Shown: one piece after another, positions 52,470-62,300 of the stretch | Position numbering within the stretch: position 1 is the first letter of the stretch | Layout: each line of letters opens with the position of its first letter | Origin: an uncultured Bacilli bacterium | GTDB taxonomy: Bacteria; Bacillota_I; Bacilli_A; RF39; UBA660 | DNA: 64,000 nucleotides | Direction: 5' to 3' | Assembly: GCA_934098505.1 (NCBI GenBank) | Contig: CAKOOR010000002.1 | Span: 83,279-147,278 of the forward strand | Made by a program: the position numbers and the translations under genes | Notes under the pieces: model-generated | The model's input: the letters and a program-made list of their open reading frames with translations, nothing else | Databases searched by the model: none | Told to the model about the DNA's origin: nothing

Positions 52470-54809
52470 ATGGCTAATAGAATGGTTCTTAATGAAACTT
52501 CTTATTTTGGCTGGAATGCTAGAGAAAATTTAGTATCAGAAATCAAAAAAAGAAATTTCAAAAGAATATTAGTTGTAAGTGATGAAAATTTAGTTAAATG
52601 TGGGGTAACTGGTAAAGTAACTGAATTGTTGGATAATGCTAAGATAAAGTATAGTGTCTTCGATAAAGTTAAACCTAATCCAACAATTAGTAATTGTCAT
52701 GATGGGATAAGGGCTGCTAAGAAATTTCATGCTGATAGTTTAATTGCTGTTGGTGGTGGAAGTGTTATTGATACGGCTAAATGTATTGGTATCGTCATTA
52801 ATAATAGAGAATTTTATGATATAAATTCTTTAGAAGGTGTTGCAGATACTAAGAATAAGTCGTTACCTATAATTGCTTTACCAACAACCGCTGGTACGGC
52901 GGCAGAGGTAACAATTAATTATGTAATTACAGATGAAATTGGGAAAGTTAAAAGAGTTTGTGTAGATACAAATGACATTCCTGTTTTAGCAATAATTGAT
53001 ACAGAATTAATGAGTAAAATGCCTAAAATGACGGCTGCTGCCACAGGGTTAGATGCACTAACTCATGCGATGGAAGGATATATTACGAAGGCTCATTGGG
53101 AAATTCCCGATATGTTCCATTTACAAAGTATGGGAATGACTTATAAAAATTTAGTAAAGTCCGTTAATAAAGAACGAGATGCTCAAGAACAAATGGCAAT
53201 GAGTGAATATATTGCGGGTATGGGATTTTCTAATGTCGGACTTGGGATTGTTCATTCCATGGCTCACCAATTAGGGGCAACTTATGATATTGCTCATGGT
53301 ATTGCTTGTAGTTTATTTTTACCATATGTTTTAGAGTGGAATGGAGAAGTTGCTTATGATAGATATCGTAAGATGGCAGAAAGTTTTGGTTTAACAACAA
53401 CTGGCAAAACTGATAAACAATGTGTAGAACTTGTTGTTAGAGCAGTTCGTGATTTAGAAAAGACTTTAAAAGTACCAATGACTTTAAAAGAATTAAATGT
53501 AAGTCCAGATAGTTTTGAAGAAATGGCTGCTAAGGCTTTAATTGATCCTTGTACGGGTGGTAATCCACGAGAAGTTACAAAGGAAGATATTATTGAACTA
53601 TTTAATAGAGCTTATGAAGGAAAAGGAGTTAGTAAAAACATGAGAACTAAAGTTGGTTATAGTGAAAATGTAGATGCTTATACAAGTGGTGTTGAAACTG
53701 CTAAAATGGCTAATAAAATAGAGAATCCACAAGTTGGTTTATTATTTACCAGTTGTGTTCAAGATCAAAAAGAAATCATGAAAGGTATTAAGAGTGTCTT
53801 AAAAGATATAGACATTGTTGGTTGTACTTCTAGTGCTGCTATATGTACTCAAGATGGTTATTTAAATAAACCTACTGGTTATTCTGGGATGATGTTATTA
53901 GGTGGTGGTGCTAAGGTTGTTGCCGCTGGTTCGCCAAAGACTAATGATGATGCTAGAAGTATTGGTCGTAAATTAGCAACTAAGGCTGTTAAAGAGGCTA
54001 ATTGTATTGAAAAACCAAGTTATGTATTTGTAAGTGCTTCACCAAAAGAAGAAGAAGAATACTTAAAAGGTATTGCTGATGTAATTGGTGATGTTCCAGT
54101 ATTTGGTGGTAGTGCTGCTGATAATACAGTTGAAGGTAAATGGAGTTTACTATATAATGGTGAGGCTTTTGCTGATGGTTGTGTTATGGCTTTAATTTAT
54201 GCTGATACTGAGATTAAAAACTTGTATACAGGTAATTATATAGAAACTAATGACGCTGGTTTAATTACCGAAGTTAAAGATAAAAGAACATTAGTATCTA
54301 TTAATGGAAAACCTGCATTAGATGTTTATGCTGATTGGACTGGTAAAAAGATAGAAGACATGATGGGTAATAATTTATTAACAGAAACAATCTTCAATCC
54401 ACTTGGAGTAAAAGATCAAATTGGTAATGTTACGGCTGTTAGACATCCGATGTTTGCTAATGTTGATAAATCAATGAATATTGGGGCTAATTTAGAAGAA
54501 AATACGGCTATTATTCATTTAACTAATACCCCAGAAGGTATGTTAGATAGTAATGCTTGTGTAGTTAAGAAATTAAATGATTTAATGGATAATACACCAG
54601 AAAGTTATTTCCTTGTTCACTGTGGTGGTCGTCGTTTAGGACTTCAATTAACTAATATGGAAGATAAAATTTATCCAGCTATTAAGAAGGCAATTCCTAA
54701 AAAAGAATTCTTAATGGTATTTACCTTTGGTGAATATGGTAGATGTGAACATTCTAGTAATATTGTTGGTGGTTTATCTCTATCATTTACTGGATTTGGA
54801 AAGGAATAA
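52470..54809 (+). CDS. iron-containing alcohol dehydrogenase fused to an uncharacterised ~390-aa C-terminal domain (possibly FIST-like sensor fold)
   Basis: The N-terminal half carries Fe-ADH motifs (GGGSVIDTAK, the His cluster HAMEGY...HSMAHQLG). The C-terminal half has no ALDH or ADH motifs and ends FTFGEYG...HSSN. Confidence 0.6.
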   Translation: MANRMVLNETSYFGWNARENLVSEIKKRNFKRILVVSDENLVKCGVTGKVTELLDNAKIKYSVFDKVKPNPTISNCHDGIRAAKKFHADSLIAVGGGSVIDTAKCIGIVINNREFYDINSLEGVADTKNKSLPIIALPTTAGTAAEVTINYVITDEIGKVKRVCVDTNDIPVLAIIDTELMSKMPKMTAAATGLDALTHAMEGYITKAHWEIPDMFHLQSMGMTYKNLVKSVNKERDAQEQMAMSEYIAGMGFSNVGLGIVHSMAHQLGATYDIAHGIACSLFLPYVLEWNGEVAYDRYRKMAESFGLTTTGKTDKQCVELVVRAVRDLEKTLKVPMTLKELNVSPDSFEEMAAKALIDPCTGGNPREVTKEDIIELFNRAYEGKGVSKNMRTKVGYSENVDAYTSGVETAKMANKIENPQVGLLFTSCVQDQKEIMKGIKSVLKDIDIVGCTSSAAICTQDGYLNKPTGYSGMMLLGGGAKVVAAGSPKTNDDARSIGRKLATKAVKEANCIEKPSYVFVSASPKEEEEYLKGIADVIGDVPVFGGSAADNTVEGKWSLLYNGEAFADGCVMALIYADTEIKNLYTGNYIETNDAGLITEVKDKRTLVSINGKPALDVYADWTGKKIEDMMGNNLLTETIFNPLGVKDQIGNVTAVRHPMFANVDKSMNIGANLEENTAIIHLTNTPEGMLDSNACVVKKLNDLMDNTPESYFLVHCGGRRLGLQLTNMEDKIYPAIKKAIPKKEFLMVFTFGEYGRCEHSSNIVGGLSLSFTGFGKE

Positions 54810-54812
54810 AAA

Positions 54813-56249
54813 ATGGCAAAGAATTTAATTGGGGCAAGTTGGTGTGATGCGAGTAACGGGGAAGTAATTGAGATTACTAACCCTGCTACTAATGCACTAA
54901 TCGATACAGTACCAAAAAGTACAAAAGAAGACTGCGACAAGGCAGTTGAAGCGGCTTTTGAGGCACAAAAAGAATGGGCTAAAGTGCCTTTACATGAAAG
55001 AGCAAGTCGTTTAATGAAGTTTGTTTCTTTAGTAGAAAGAGATAAAGATAGTTTAGCAAAATTATTATGCGAAGAAACTGGTAAACCAATTAGTGAAGCA
55101 ATAGGAGAAATTGCCAATGTTGCTATTGGGATTCCAGCATTCTGTGAAAGAGCAAAACATGAATATGGAAAAGTAATTCCTTATGGTCAAGAAAAAGGTA
55201 ATGAGGCTACTTTACAATATACAGTACAGGCTCCTTTAGGAGTAGTTGTTGCGGTAATTCCGTTTAATTTCCCTAGTGACTTATTCTGTCAAAAAGTTCC
55301 TGCAGCTTTATTAATGGGAAATAGTGTTATTTTAAAACCAAGTGCTCATAATCCTTTAACTTTAACTAAGTATGTGGAGTTATTAATTGAGGCTGGTATT
55401 CCTGGGGGAGCAATTAATTTAATCAATGGCGCTGGTGGCGAGGCTGTTCAAAATTTAGCTGAGAATTCTAAAGTGGCGTTAGTAAGTCTTACTGGTTCTA
55501 CTTTGGCTGGAGCGGAAACAATGGCTAAATGTGCTAAAAATATTACTCATGTTATGTTAGAATTGGGAGGAAATGATGCTTTCATTCTTCATAAAGATGG
55601 TGATGTTGATTTAGCAGTTAAAGAAACTATCTGGGGTCGTCTATATAATACTGGTCAAGTTTGCTGTGCTTCTAAGCGTTTCTTAGTTCATAAAGATGTT
55701 TTAGACGAATTTGTTAATAAATTAACAGAAACTTTCAAAGGCATTAAGGTTTGTATGCCTAGTAATCCTAATGCTAAAATTGGTTGTTTAATTAGTGAAG
55801 ATGCTGCTAAAAAGGTAGAAGAACAAGTTAATTCTACTGTTGAATTGGGCGCTAAGGTTGTTTATGGTGGTCGTCGTAAAGGGGCTTTCTATGAACCAAC
55901 TATTTTAACTGATGTTACCCGTGATATGCCTGTTGCTAAAGATATGGAGATCTTTGGACCTGTTGTTTCTATTATTAGTTATGATACTATTGAAGAAGCA
56001 ATCGAGATTGCTAATCAATCAAGTTTTGGTTTATGTGGATGTATTATTTCTAAAGATCAAAAAGTATGTCAAAAAGTTGCTAATGAACTTGAATGCGGTG
56101 GGGTAATTATTAATGGTGCTTCTTTCTTCCGTTCATTTGAAATGCCATTTGGTGGCTGGAAACATTCTGGTTATGGTAATGAAGGCGTTGCTAGTACTCT
56201 TCATGAAATGAGTAGAACTAAAACTGTTATTTTAAAAAATATACTTTAA
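54813..56249 (+). CDS. NAD(P)-dependent aldehyde dehydrogenase
   Basis: ELGGNDAF, the catalytic Cys in GQVCCASKR, 478 aa. Confidence 0.85.
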   Translation: MAKNLIGASWCDASNGEVIEITNPATNALIDTVPKSTKEDCDKAVEAAFEAQKEWAKVPLHERASRLMKFVSLVERDKDSLAKLLCEETGKPISEAIGEIANVAIGIPAFCERAKHEYGKVIPYGQEKGNEATLQYTVQAPLGVVVAVIPFNFPSDLFCQKVPAALLMGNSVILKPSAHNPLTLTKYVELLIEAGIPGGAINLINGAGGEAVQNLAENSKVALVSLTGSTLAGAETMAKCAKNITHVMLELGGNDAFILHKDGDVDLAVKETIWGRLYNTGQVCCASKRFLVHKDVLDEFVNKLTETFKGIKVCMPSNPNAKIGCLISEDAAKKVEEQVNSTVELGAKVVYGGRRKGAFYEPTILTDVTRDMPVAKDMEIFGPVVSIISYDTIEEAIEIANQSSFGLCGCIISKDQKVCQKVANELECGGVIINGASFFRSFEMPFGGWKHSGYGNEGVASTLHEMSRTKTVILKNIL

Positions 56250-56271
56250 AAATATGAAGATATTATTGTTT

Positions 56272-56298
56272 GTTAAGACGATAATGTCTTTTTTATTT
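56272..56298 (+). terminator. rho-independent terminator after ALDH
   Basis: aagacgataatgtctt followed by TTTTTT. Confidence 0.6.
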
Positions 56299-56506
56299 TG
56301 CTTTAATATTTACAAAAATGTCAAATTATCGTCAAATTTTATAAAAAAATGTAATTTTTAGTAAAAATTTTAAAAAAAAAGAAGGAAATTAGACTTCACT
56401 TACCAATATATATAATTAGGAGGGTAAATAATATCCTTCTTAAGAAAAGGAGGTGAATTTATGAGAAATTTTGCCAAAAACAATATGGAAAAGGAAGTGA
56501 TGATCA

Positions 56507-57442
56507 ATGAAAAGCAAGAAAGAAATAGAAAGAACTTTAAAAGAAAATAAAGGCGCCGATTTTGTTTTACCTATGACTTGGGATGTAATGTTCGAGCAAA
56601 TGTTCATTTCTGAAGAAGCCATGCCTTTACTTGAATGTATTATTTCAATATTTGGCAATGTCGATATTAAAGATGTTAAGGGTAAAGTTAGGTTACTACC
56701 AAATGAATTAAAACAAACATCGGCAAAAGATACGAGAAGTAAAAGTGATATAATTGCTGATTATTTTAAAGATGAAAAAAATATTGATAAGTATATTGTG
56801 GAAATGAATTCATCAAAAAAGATGCCTTGGCGTAATGTTTTCTATGCTTATATAGTAGCAGGCGGTGGTATTTCTATTAATGATGATAAATATGTTAAGG
56901 CTTACGACACTATCTTAATTGATTTTAACACATTTGCTGATGATGAAAATGATTTGGTAGAAATGATTACTATGCGTTACAAAACTGGTAAAATCTTTGA
57001 TGATAGTACTAAAATATTCGAAGTAAATATGGCAAAAGCAAAAGATACGAGTTATAATTATGTCGATAAACAAGAAGAACAAGTAGCCATAATTAGTAGA
57101 ATGTTTATGACTACCAGTTCACTTGAATTGGATAAGGAGTCAGATAAACTTATGAGTAAAAAAGATACGGAAAAATTAGTTAGTCGTGCCAAGGAATTAT
57201 CGAGTGATGATGGTTATATTAGACTTTTTGATAAAGAAGAAAATTATAAGGAGCTGATTCGTAATACCGAGTTAGCAGAAGCTCGTGAGGAAGGAAAGTT
57301 AGAAGGCATGAAATTAGGCTCTAAAGAAGCAAAAATAGATGTTGCTAAAAGTCTTATTAAAATAGGATTAACCAATGAGCAAATTGTCGAAGCCACAAAG
57401 ATTTCAATTGAAGAAATCAATATATTAAGAAAAGAAGTTTAA
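56507..57442 (+). CDS. Rpn/YhgA-like recombination-promoting nuclease / putative transposase (Transposase_31, PD-(D/E)XK)
   Basis: C-terminal AEAREEGKLEGMKLG...IKIGLTNEQIVEATKISIEEINIL, the signature tail of this family. 311 aa. Confidence 0.6.
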   Translation: MKSKKEIERTLKENKGADFVLPMTWDVMFEQMFISEEAMPLLECIISIFGNVDIKDVKGKVRLLPNELKQTSAKDTRSKSDIIADYFKDEKNIDKYIVEMNSSKKMPWRNVFYAYIVAGGGISINDDKYVKAYDTILIDFNTFADDENDLVEMITMRYKTGKIFDDSTKIFEVNMAKAKDTSYNYVDKQEEQVAIISRMFMTTSSLELDKESDKLMSKKDTEKLVSRAKELSSDDGYIRLFDKEENYKELIRNTELAEAREEGKLEGMKLGSKEAKIDVAKSLIKIGLTNEQIVEATKISIEEINILRKEV

Positions 57443-57589
57443 AGTAATAAATATTATTATAGAAAATATTTTAATTGAAAAGTGTAGTCATGTGGCTATG
57501 CTTTTTATAAATATTTATAATATGTACTAAAAAATAAAAAAATATAGTGCTAGTCATTATATCTAAAGCGATTATGACATCTATATTTT

Positions 57590-57770
57590 TAGTTTAGGCG
57601 TATGGCCTGGTAGGTTATCTGTTTCCAATCTAAATTAGATTACGATTAATCGTTGCCGCTTTTATAAATGTCCGTAGGCATTTATCCTAAGTTCATAGCA
57701 TTTAGCAGGAATCTGGCCGAACCCCGTCAAGGAAAAAGAAACAGACGGCGAGGAAGCCCTAAAATTATAT
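57590..57770. ncRNA. candidate structured ncRNA (GC-rich ~180-nt island without ORF; 6S-like size)
   Basis: Its GC content is well above the flanking intergenic DNA. The 5' CUGUUUCC and 3' GGAAAAAGAAACAG segments could pair. No motif confirms an identity. Confidence 0.25.
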
Positions 57771-57849
57771 TGATAACTGGTATCTTTAATTTTAAAGTAG
57801 ATAATTGTTTTTTATTGAAAATAATTGGTAAAAAAATTAAATAATTATA

Positions 57850-58281
57850 TTACACAATTTTAATTAAATCCAAATCTGTTTGTTTATTTTCTACAAGAAC
57901 ATTAAGATTGCTAATTATCCAATTGGGAGATCTTAATTCGTCTTTCATTTTTAGTATTTCTTCATAGCTAAACCATTTTACATCTAATATTTCTGACTTA
58001 TTTATATTTATATTTTCTTCTAATAATTTTGTTGAAAAGAGTATGCCTATCCAAATACCGTTTTCTAAAATTTTGTTGCAAACTTTTAGAACCCCAGTTA
58101 GTTCAACTTTACATCCTGTTTCTTCAAAAATTTCCCTTTTAGCTCCATCAAAAATACTTTCCTTTGGTTCGAGATGACCTGCGGGAATATTCCATTTTCC
58201 ACGACATATTTCTTTAGCTTCTTGTACTAGTAAAAATTTGCCATCTTTTTCTATAAAACCGCCAACAATAATTGAGTTCAT
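57850..58281 (-). CDS. NUDIX hydrolase
   Basis: The Nudix box GHLEPKESIFDGAKREIFEETG. Confidence 0.8.
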   Translation of the reverse strand: MNSIIVGGFIEKDGKFLLVQEAKEICRGKWNIPAGHLEPKESIFDGAKREIFEETGCKVELTGVLKVCNKILENGIWIGILFSTKLLEENININKSEILDVKWFSYEEILKMKDELRSPNWIISNLNVLVENKQTDLDLIKIV

Positions 58282-58284
58282 ATA

Positions 58285-59514
58285 TTAATTTCCTTTCCTA
58301 ATTGTGTGTTTAATTTTCTTTAAAATATTAAACAAGGTATTAACAGGACTTAAAGATAATTCATAAGCACCAAGAAGTTCTTCGACATAGCCGCCGAAGC
58401 CTTTTTTAAATTCGTAAACACCACGGTCTTTACCATTAGGATTAAATACATCTTGAATACCAAAGAAGTTATATCTCTTATAATTATGGTCTGCAGCATA
58501 TTTAATTATTTCCCATTGTAGGCGATATTGACCACAAAACTGCATATACTCGGCATAAGAACCACTAAATAAATAAATGATTTCATCACCATATAATATG
58601 AACATAGCAGCTGATAAAGGAATAATTTCGCCTTTTTCTTGCCTTAAATTTTTCGCCTCTTGTATCTTTTTATTATTATTTTCAATATCTTTTTTCATGA
58701 CTTCTTTTTTCTTTAAGTTAGAATTAGAATCAGATAACTCTTCTAATTTAGAAGTCATTTCTTTATTAGAATCTTCTAATTTTTGAATATAATTCTTTAG
58801 ATTAATTTCACATATTTTAAAAGTTACATCATCTTTAAAACAATCATACATTTCTTCATAATATTTTAAAGATTTATCGGAAAATGATCTACGATCACAA
58901 GTATCACTGGTAATAGTTTTAAATTCTTTTAATTCATCTTTAGATAGTGTTCTAATATTTAAATCATATTTAGTTAAAGTTTTATTAATATTATTACGAG
59001 TACTACTACGAAAATCATTAAATAATTCTTTACTAGTTTTACCATTAATATCAAGACAATAAGTCCATTTAACTTGGCTACTTTGGGAATCTTTATAACC
59101 TAAAGTGTGTAGATAATCTATAATATCTCGGTTATCAAATTCATCAGTAATTTCCGCTTCCATATTACGAGAAACAGCAGGTATATAAGGGTCAATTATT
59201 AATTTTAAGCCATTTCTTTCTTTTAGAAAGTTCTTAACACCATCAGTCATAAATCTAAGTAATTCTTTATTATGATAATCAAGAATAAAGCCTTTATAAG
59301 CCTCATATGTTATTTTACCTAAGAATTTTTGTGGGGTTTCGGCGATAAGACTGGCTGCAATAACTTTGCTATTTTCTTTAACTCCTACTAAATAAACCTT
59401 TGTTCCATCACATTCTAATTTCTTTTTCATCATTACAGTTTGAAAGAAATTTTTATTATTTTGTGTATCGACAAAATTTTGAAATTCCTGTTCTGTTAGT
59501 TCTGTAAATTTCAT
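58285..59514 (-). CDS. FemAB-family peptidoglycan aminoacyltransferase
   Basis: The N-terminus MKFTELTEQEFQNFVD...FFQTV parallels S. aureus FemA (MKFTNLTAKEFGAF...FTQTV). A central coiled-coil insertion is present. Confidence 0.65.
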   Translation of the reverse strand: MKFTELTEQEFQNFVDTQNNKNFFQTVMMKKKLECDGTKVYLVGVKENSKVIAASLIAETPQKFLGKITYEAYKGFILDYHNKELLRFMTDGVKNFLKERNGLKLIIDPYIPAVSRNMEAEITDEFDNRDIIDYLHTLGYKDSQSSQVKWTYCLDINGKTSKELFNDFRSSTRNNINKTLTKYDLNIRTLSKDELKEFKTITSDTCDRRSFSDKSLKYYEEMYDCFKDDVTFKICEINLKNYIQKLEDSNKEMTSKLEELSDSNSNLKKKEVMKKDIENNNKKIQEAKNLRQEKGEIIPLSAAMFILYGDEIIYLFSGSYAEYMQFCGQYRLQWEIIKYAADHNYKRYNFFGIQDVFNPNGKDRGVYEFKKGFGGYVEELLGAYELSLSPVNTLFNILKKIKHTIRKGN

Positions 59515-59597
59515 TGTATCACCCATTTATAAGTATAAACTAAAATTATAATATTTAATAGTTAAAAAGAAATAAATCTAATAAAAAGATACTTTTT

Positions 59598-59630
59598 AGG
59601 GAGTGGCGGGTGGGAAGAAATAATAAGATT
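59598..59630 (+). repeat. G-rich dispersed repeat copy C, overlapping the -35 region upstream of the AbrB/SpoVT-family gene
   Basis: AGGGAGTGGCGGGTGGGAAGAAATAATAAGATT. An extended -10 TGTTATAAA lies at 59647-59655. Confidence 0.7.
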
Positions 59631-59693
59631 ATAAATAAAAAAATAATGTTATAAATTTTAAAAAAAAGACAATAATAAACTTAGAGGTAAGAT

Positions 59694-60161
59694 ATGAACG
59701 GACAAATAAAAAGAATTGATGAATTAGGACGCATTGTAATTCCTAAAGATATAAGAAAAAGGCTTTCCATTAAGACTAATGATACTCTGGAAATAGGGAT
59801 GGATGGCGATAAAATAGTTTTAAACAAAAGAATAGCTATCAAAGAGTATAATGATTATGTTAAGACTTTACTAACTATTTTAACTAATTATAGTGGGATT
59901 AAGTTTTTAGCGACTAATCGGGAAGATATTATTTTTAATAATACGGATATAGTTGGTTTTGAGGTTAAGAAGTATATTAATATGTCTTTATATGAAATGG
60001 ATAAGGTTAAGGATGAGATATGTAGTGGTTGTGATATAAGACCGGTTATTATTGATAGTAATGTGGAAGGGATTATTTTAGTTATAAATAGTGAATGTAA
60101 TAAAGAAATTGGGAAAATTATTAATATTTTAGTTACTTCTAAACTTGATATTTCATGTTAA
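59694..60161 (+). CDS. AbrB/SpoVT-family transcriptional regulator (SpoVT-like: swapped-hairpin N-domain + C-terminal domain)
   Basis: IKRIDELGRIVIPKDIRKRLSIKTNDTLEI is the AbrB-N domain. 155 aa with a C-domain resembling SpoVT. It is upstream of metG, like abrB in B. subtilis. Confidence 0.6.
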   Translation: MNGQIKRIDELGRIVIPKDIRKRLSIKTNDTLEIGMDGDKIVLNKRIAIKEYNDYVKTLLTILTNYSGIKFLATNREDIIFNNTDIVGFEVKKYINMSLYEMDKVKDEICSGCDIRPVIIDSNVEGIILVINSECNKEIGKIINILVTSKLDISC

Positions 60162-60194
60162 GAATTATATACTCGTATTATGACAGGAGATTTT

Positions 60195-61196
60195 ATGGAT
60201 AATACGGGTTTTATTTTGACTTTTTTAAGGGATTTAGAGTGGGAAATGAAGAAAATTGGTTTAAGGTCGGCTATTTCTTTAAAGATTTTAAAAAAGGATA
60301 TGTTTTTAGAAGATGGTAATACTTTAGGGGTAATGTTTGTTTCGGGCATACCTACTTATATATTAACATCTCAAGGGCGTATTAAGATTTTAGATGAGGC
60401 TTTTCGAGGGAAGAATATTGATTTAGATAAGAAGAATAATTATATTAATATGTTCTTTCAAAGATATGATTGTAGGCTTGCTCTTAATTTAAAGGGCTCA
60501 AGTATTTATAGTATAAAAAGGGTTCCTATGGTTGATAGGGAGTTAGATGATATTAGCTTAGTTAGAAATTTTGATAAGAAAGAAGAAAGTAGAAAAAGGT
60601 TATCTTTAGTAGCGGGTATTAATTTTAATGAGCAGGAAAGGTTAAAGATGGGATTGGAAGTTAAAAGGTTTGTAATGTATGAACTTGAATTTTTAAGGGG
60701 AACATATAATTCTCATGATGGTTTTTTAGGTATTGATAGTTATTATAAATCAGGTAAATTATGTGAGGATATGGACGCTAATAAGGTTTATTTATGTGAA
60801 GATGATATAATTAATATTGGTAATTTAGTAGAAATGGCAATTGTTTATGTAGGCTTGCCTAGTACGAGTATTAGGGGTAATATAAGAGATTTTTGCTATA
60901 CTTTATTATCGGGGTTGCAGTTATATCTTGATGATTTTAATATCTTAGCAACTAAAAAAGATTTGTATAAGAGGCAACTAGATAAGTATCTGGCTTATTT
61001 TACTTTGGAGCCAAAAGAAGAAAGAGGTCTGGATTTTATTTACGATTATAATAAGACCTTCTTAAATGGAGTTGGGGTTTTAGAGATTGTTAAAGATGAC
61101 CAAGTGCTTTATGGGATTAGTGATGATGGAAATATTAAGATTGATAAGTATAATGGATTGAGTTTGGAAAGAAAATTTGGTAAGAGGTGTGATTAA
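60195..61196 (+). CDS. hypothetical protein (G-rich codon bias)
   Basis: An ACAGGAG RBS. No homologue recognised. Unusually frequent GGG/AGG codons. Confidence 0.4.
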   Translation: MDNTGFILTFLRDLEWEMKKIGLRSAISLKILKKDMFLEDGNTLGVMFVSGIPTYILTSQGRIKILDEAFRGKNIDLDKKNNYINMFFQRYDCRLALNLKGSSIYSIKRVPMVDRELDDISLVRNFDKKEESRKRLSLVAGINFNEQERLKMGLEVKRFVMYELEFLRGTYNSHDGFLGIDSYYKSGKLCEDMDANKVYLCEDDIINIGNLVEMAIVYVGLPSTSIRGNIRDFCYTLLSGLQLYLDDFNILATKKDLYKRQLDKYLAYFTLEPKEERGLDFIYDYNKTFLNGVGVLEIVKDDQVLYGISDDGNIKIDKYNGLSLERKFGKRCD

Positions 61197-61273
61197 TGGT
61201 AGCGAGAGTATTTTAGTAGACAATTTTATTGGTTGTATCAAGATATAATTAGATACACAATAGCAAAAATTTG

Positions 61274-61312
61274 AGCGAGGCTAGGTGAAATTTGGCTTCG
61301 CTCATTTTAAGT
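61274..61312 (+). terminator. rho-independent terminator
   Basis: The hairpin tgagcgaggc-N13-gcttcgctca followed by TTTT. Confidence 0.55.
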
Positions 61313-61526
61313 GTCAAAGAAAATTTATCGTAGTGCCAATTTTTGTATTTTGTAATATACAATCATATTGCAATAGTAAATTAAAAGTAACGCATTTGTA
61401 GATAACTAAATAATATTTTAGCAAAGATTAGAAAAGTTTAGTAGAAGTGCATTTAGTGTAGACTTTAAATTAATTGTATGCTATTTTAGTAGCACAAGTA
61501 GCAATTGATTATGATTATACAGCGTT

Positions 61527-62285
61527 ATGGAGGTTTTTAAAATGATGAATGATTTACTAAAATTAAAAGAAGAAATAGAAATGGCGCGTAAATATGTTCC
61601 TTTAATTTTGAGCGATGATTGTGATGCGTGTATTGTAAGTGATGAGGAAGGGAAAACTGATGAGGAAGGGAAAACGCTTTTAGAATATGCGAATATGGAA
61701 AGTACAAGTGAAATTGTTAGGCAATGTGAAGACCTTATGAAAGAAGCCGTAGTATTGTTTGGCAGAAATAATATTCCTTACGATATAATTGGGCTTACAT
61801 CATATGCGGGGGTTTTGTGTACGCCTGAACTAGTTGAACTTTTAAAAAATAAATTAGAAGTATTAGCGAATGAAGATGAATTTGCTTATTTCAATCAGAT
61901 TATACTTAATAGTATCGGTACTAATATATCTTTAAAATATGTTCCTGTAGAATTTAGTATTGGTCCTTACGAAAGTGGTATTTTTACGCGTAATAAAGAC
62001 TTTTTATGCTTAAGTGATTATTTAGGTCAAGATTATGCACCAAAGGTTAAGGAGATAACTGATATTCAAAATTTGGTTGAAAAAAGAATTTTGGGGATTG
62101 TTGATTTTGAAAAATTCAGAACGGAAATTAGAAGTTTAGATTATGAATTTGGTGTTTGGAATGATGGTGTTATTAAAGATTATGGTAATGATTATGCAAA
62201 GGCTTTGAAAAATGGGTTATTTGATACAAGACTTGAGATTATAGCGGATTTTAGACCATTGGAGTTAAAGAGAAAAATGAATTAA
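61527..62285 (+). CDS. hypothetical protein with internal 15-bp tandem duplication (DEEGKTDEEGKT)
   Basis: The ORF is intact. It carries the tandem repeat gaggaagggaaaact/gaggaagggaaaacg. Confidence 0.4.
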   Translation: MEVFKMMNDLLKLKEEIEMARKYVPLILSDDCDACIVSDEEGKTDEEGKTLLEYANMESTSEIVRQCEDLMKEAVVLFGRNNIPYDIIGLTSYAGVLCTPELVELLKNKLEVLANEDEFAYFNQIILNSIGTNISLKYVPVEFSIGPYESGIFTRNKDFLCLSDYLGQDYAPKVKEITDIQNLVEKRILGIVDFEKFRTEIRSLDYEFGVWNDGVIKDYGNDYAKALKNGLFDTRLEIIADFRPLELKRKMN

Positions 62286-62300
62286 AATATTAGCCTATCT

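Noticed and set aside
56440-56658. 72-aa minus-strand ORF overlapping the Rpn gene start
   Set aside because: It is opposite a better-supported 311-aa gene. It has no RBS.
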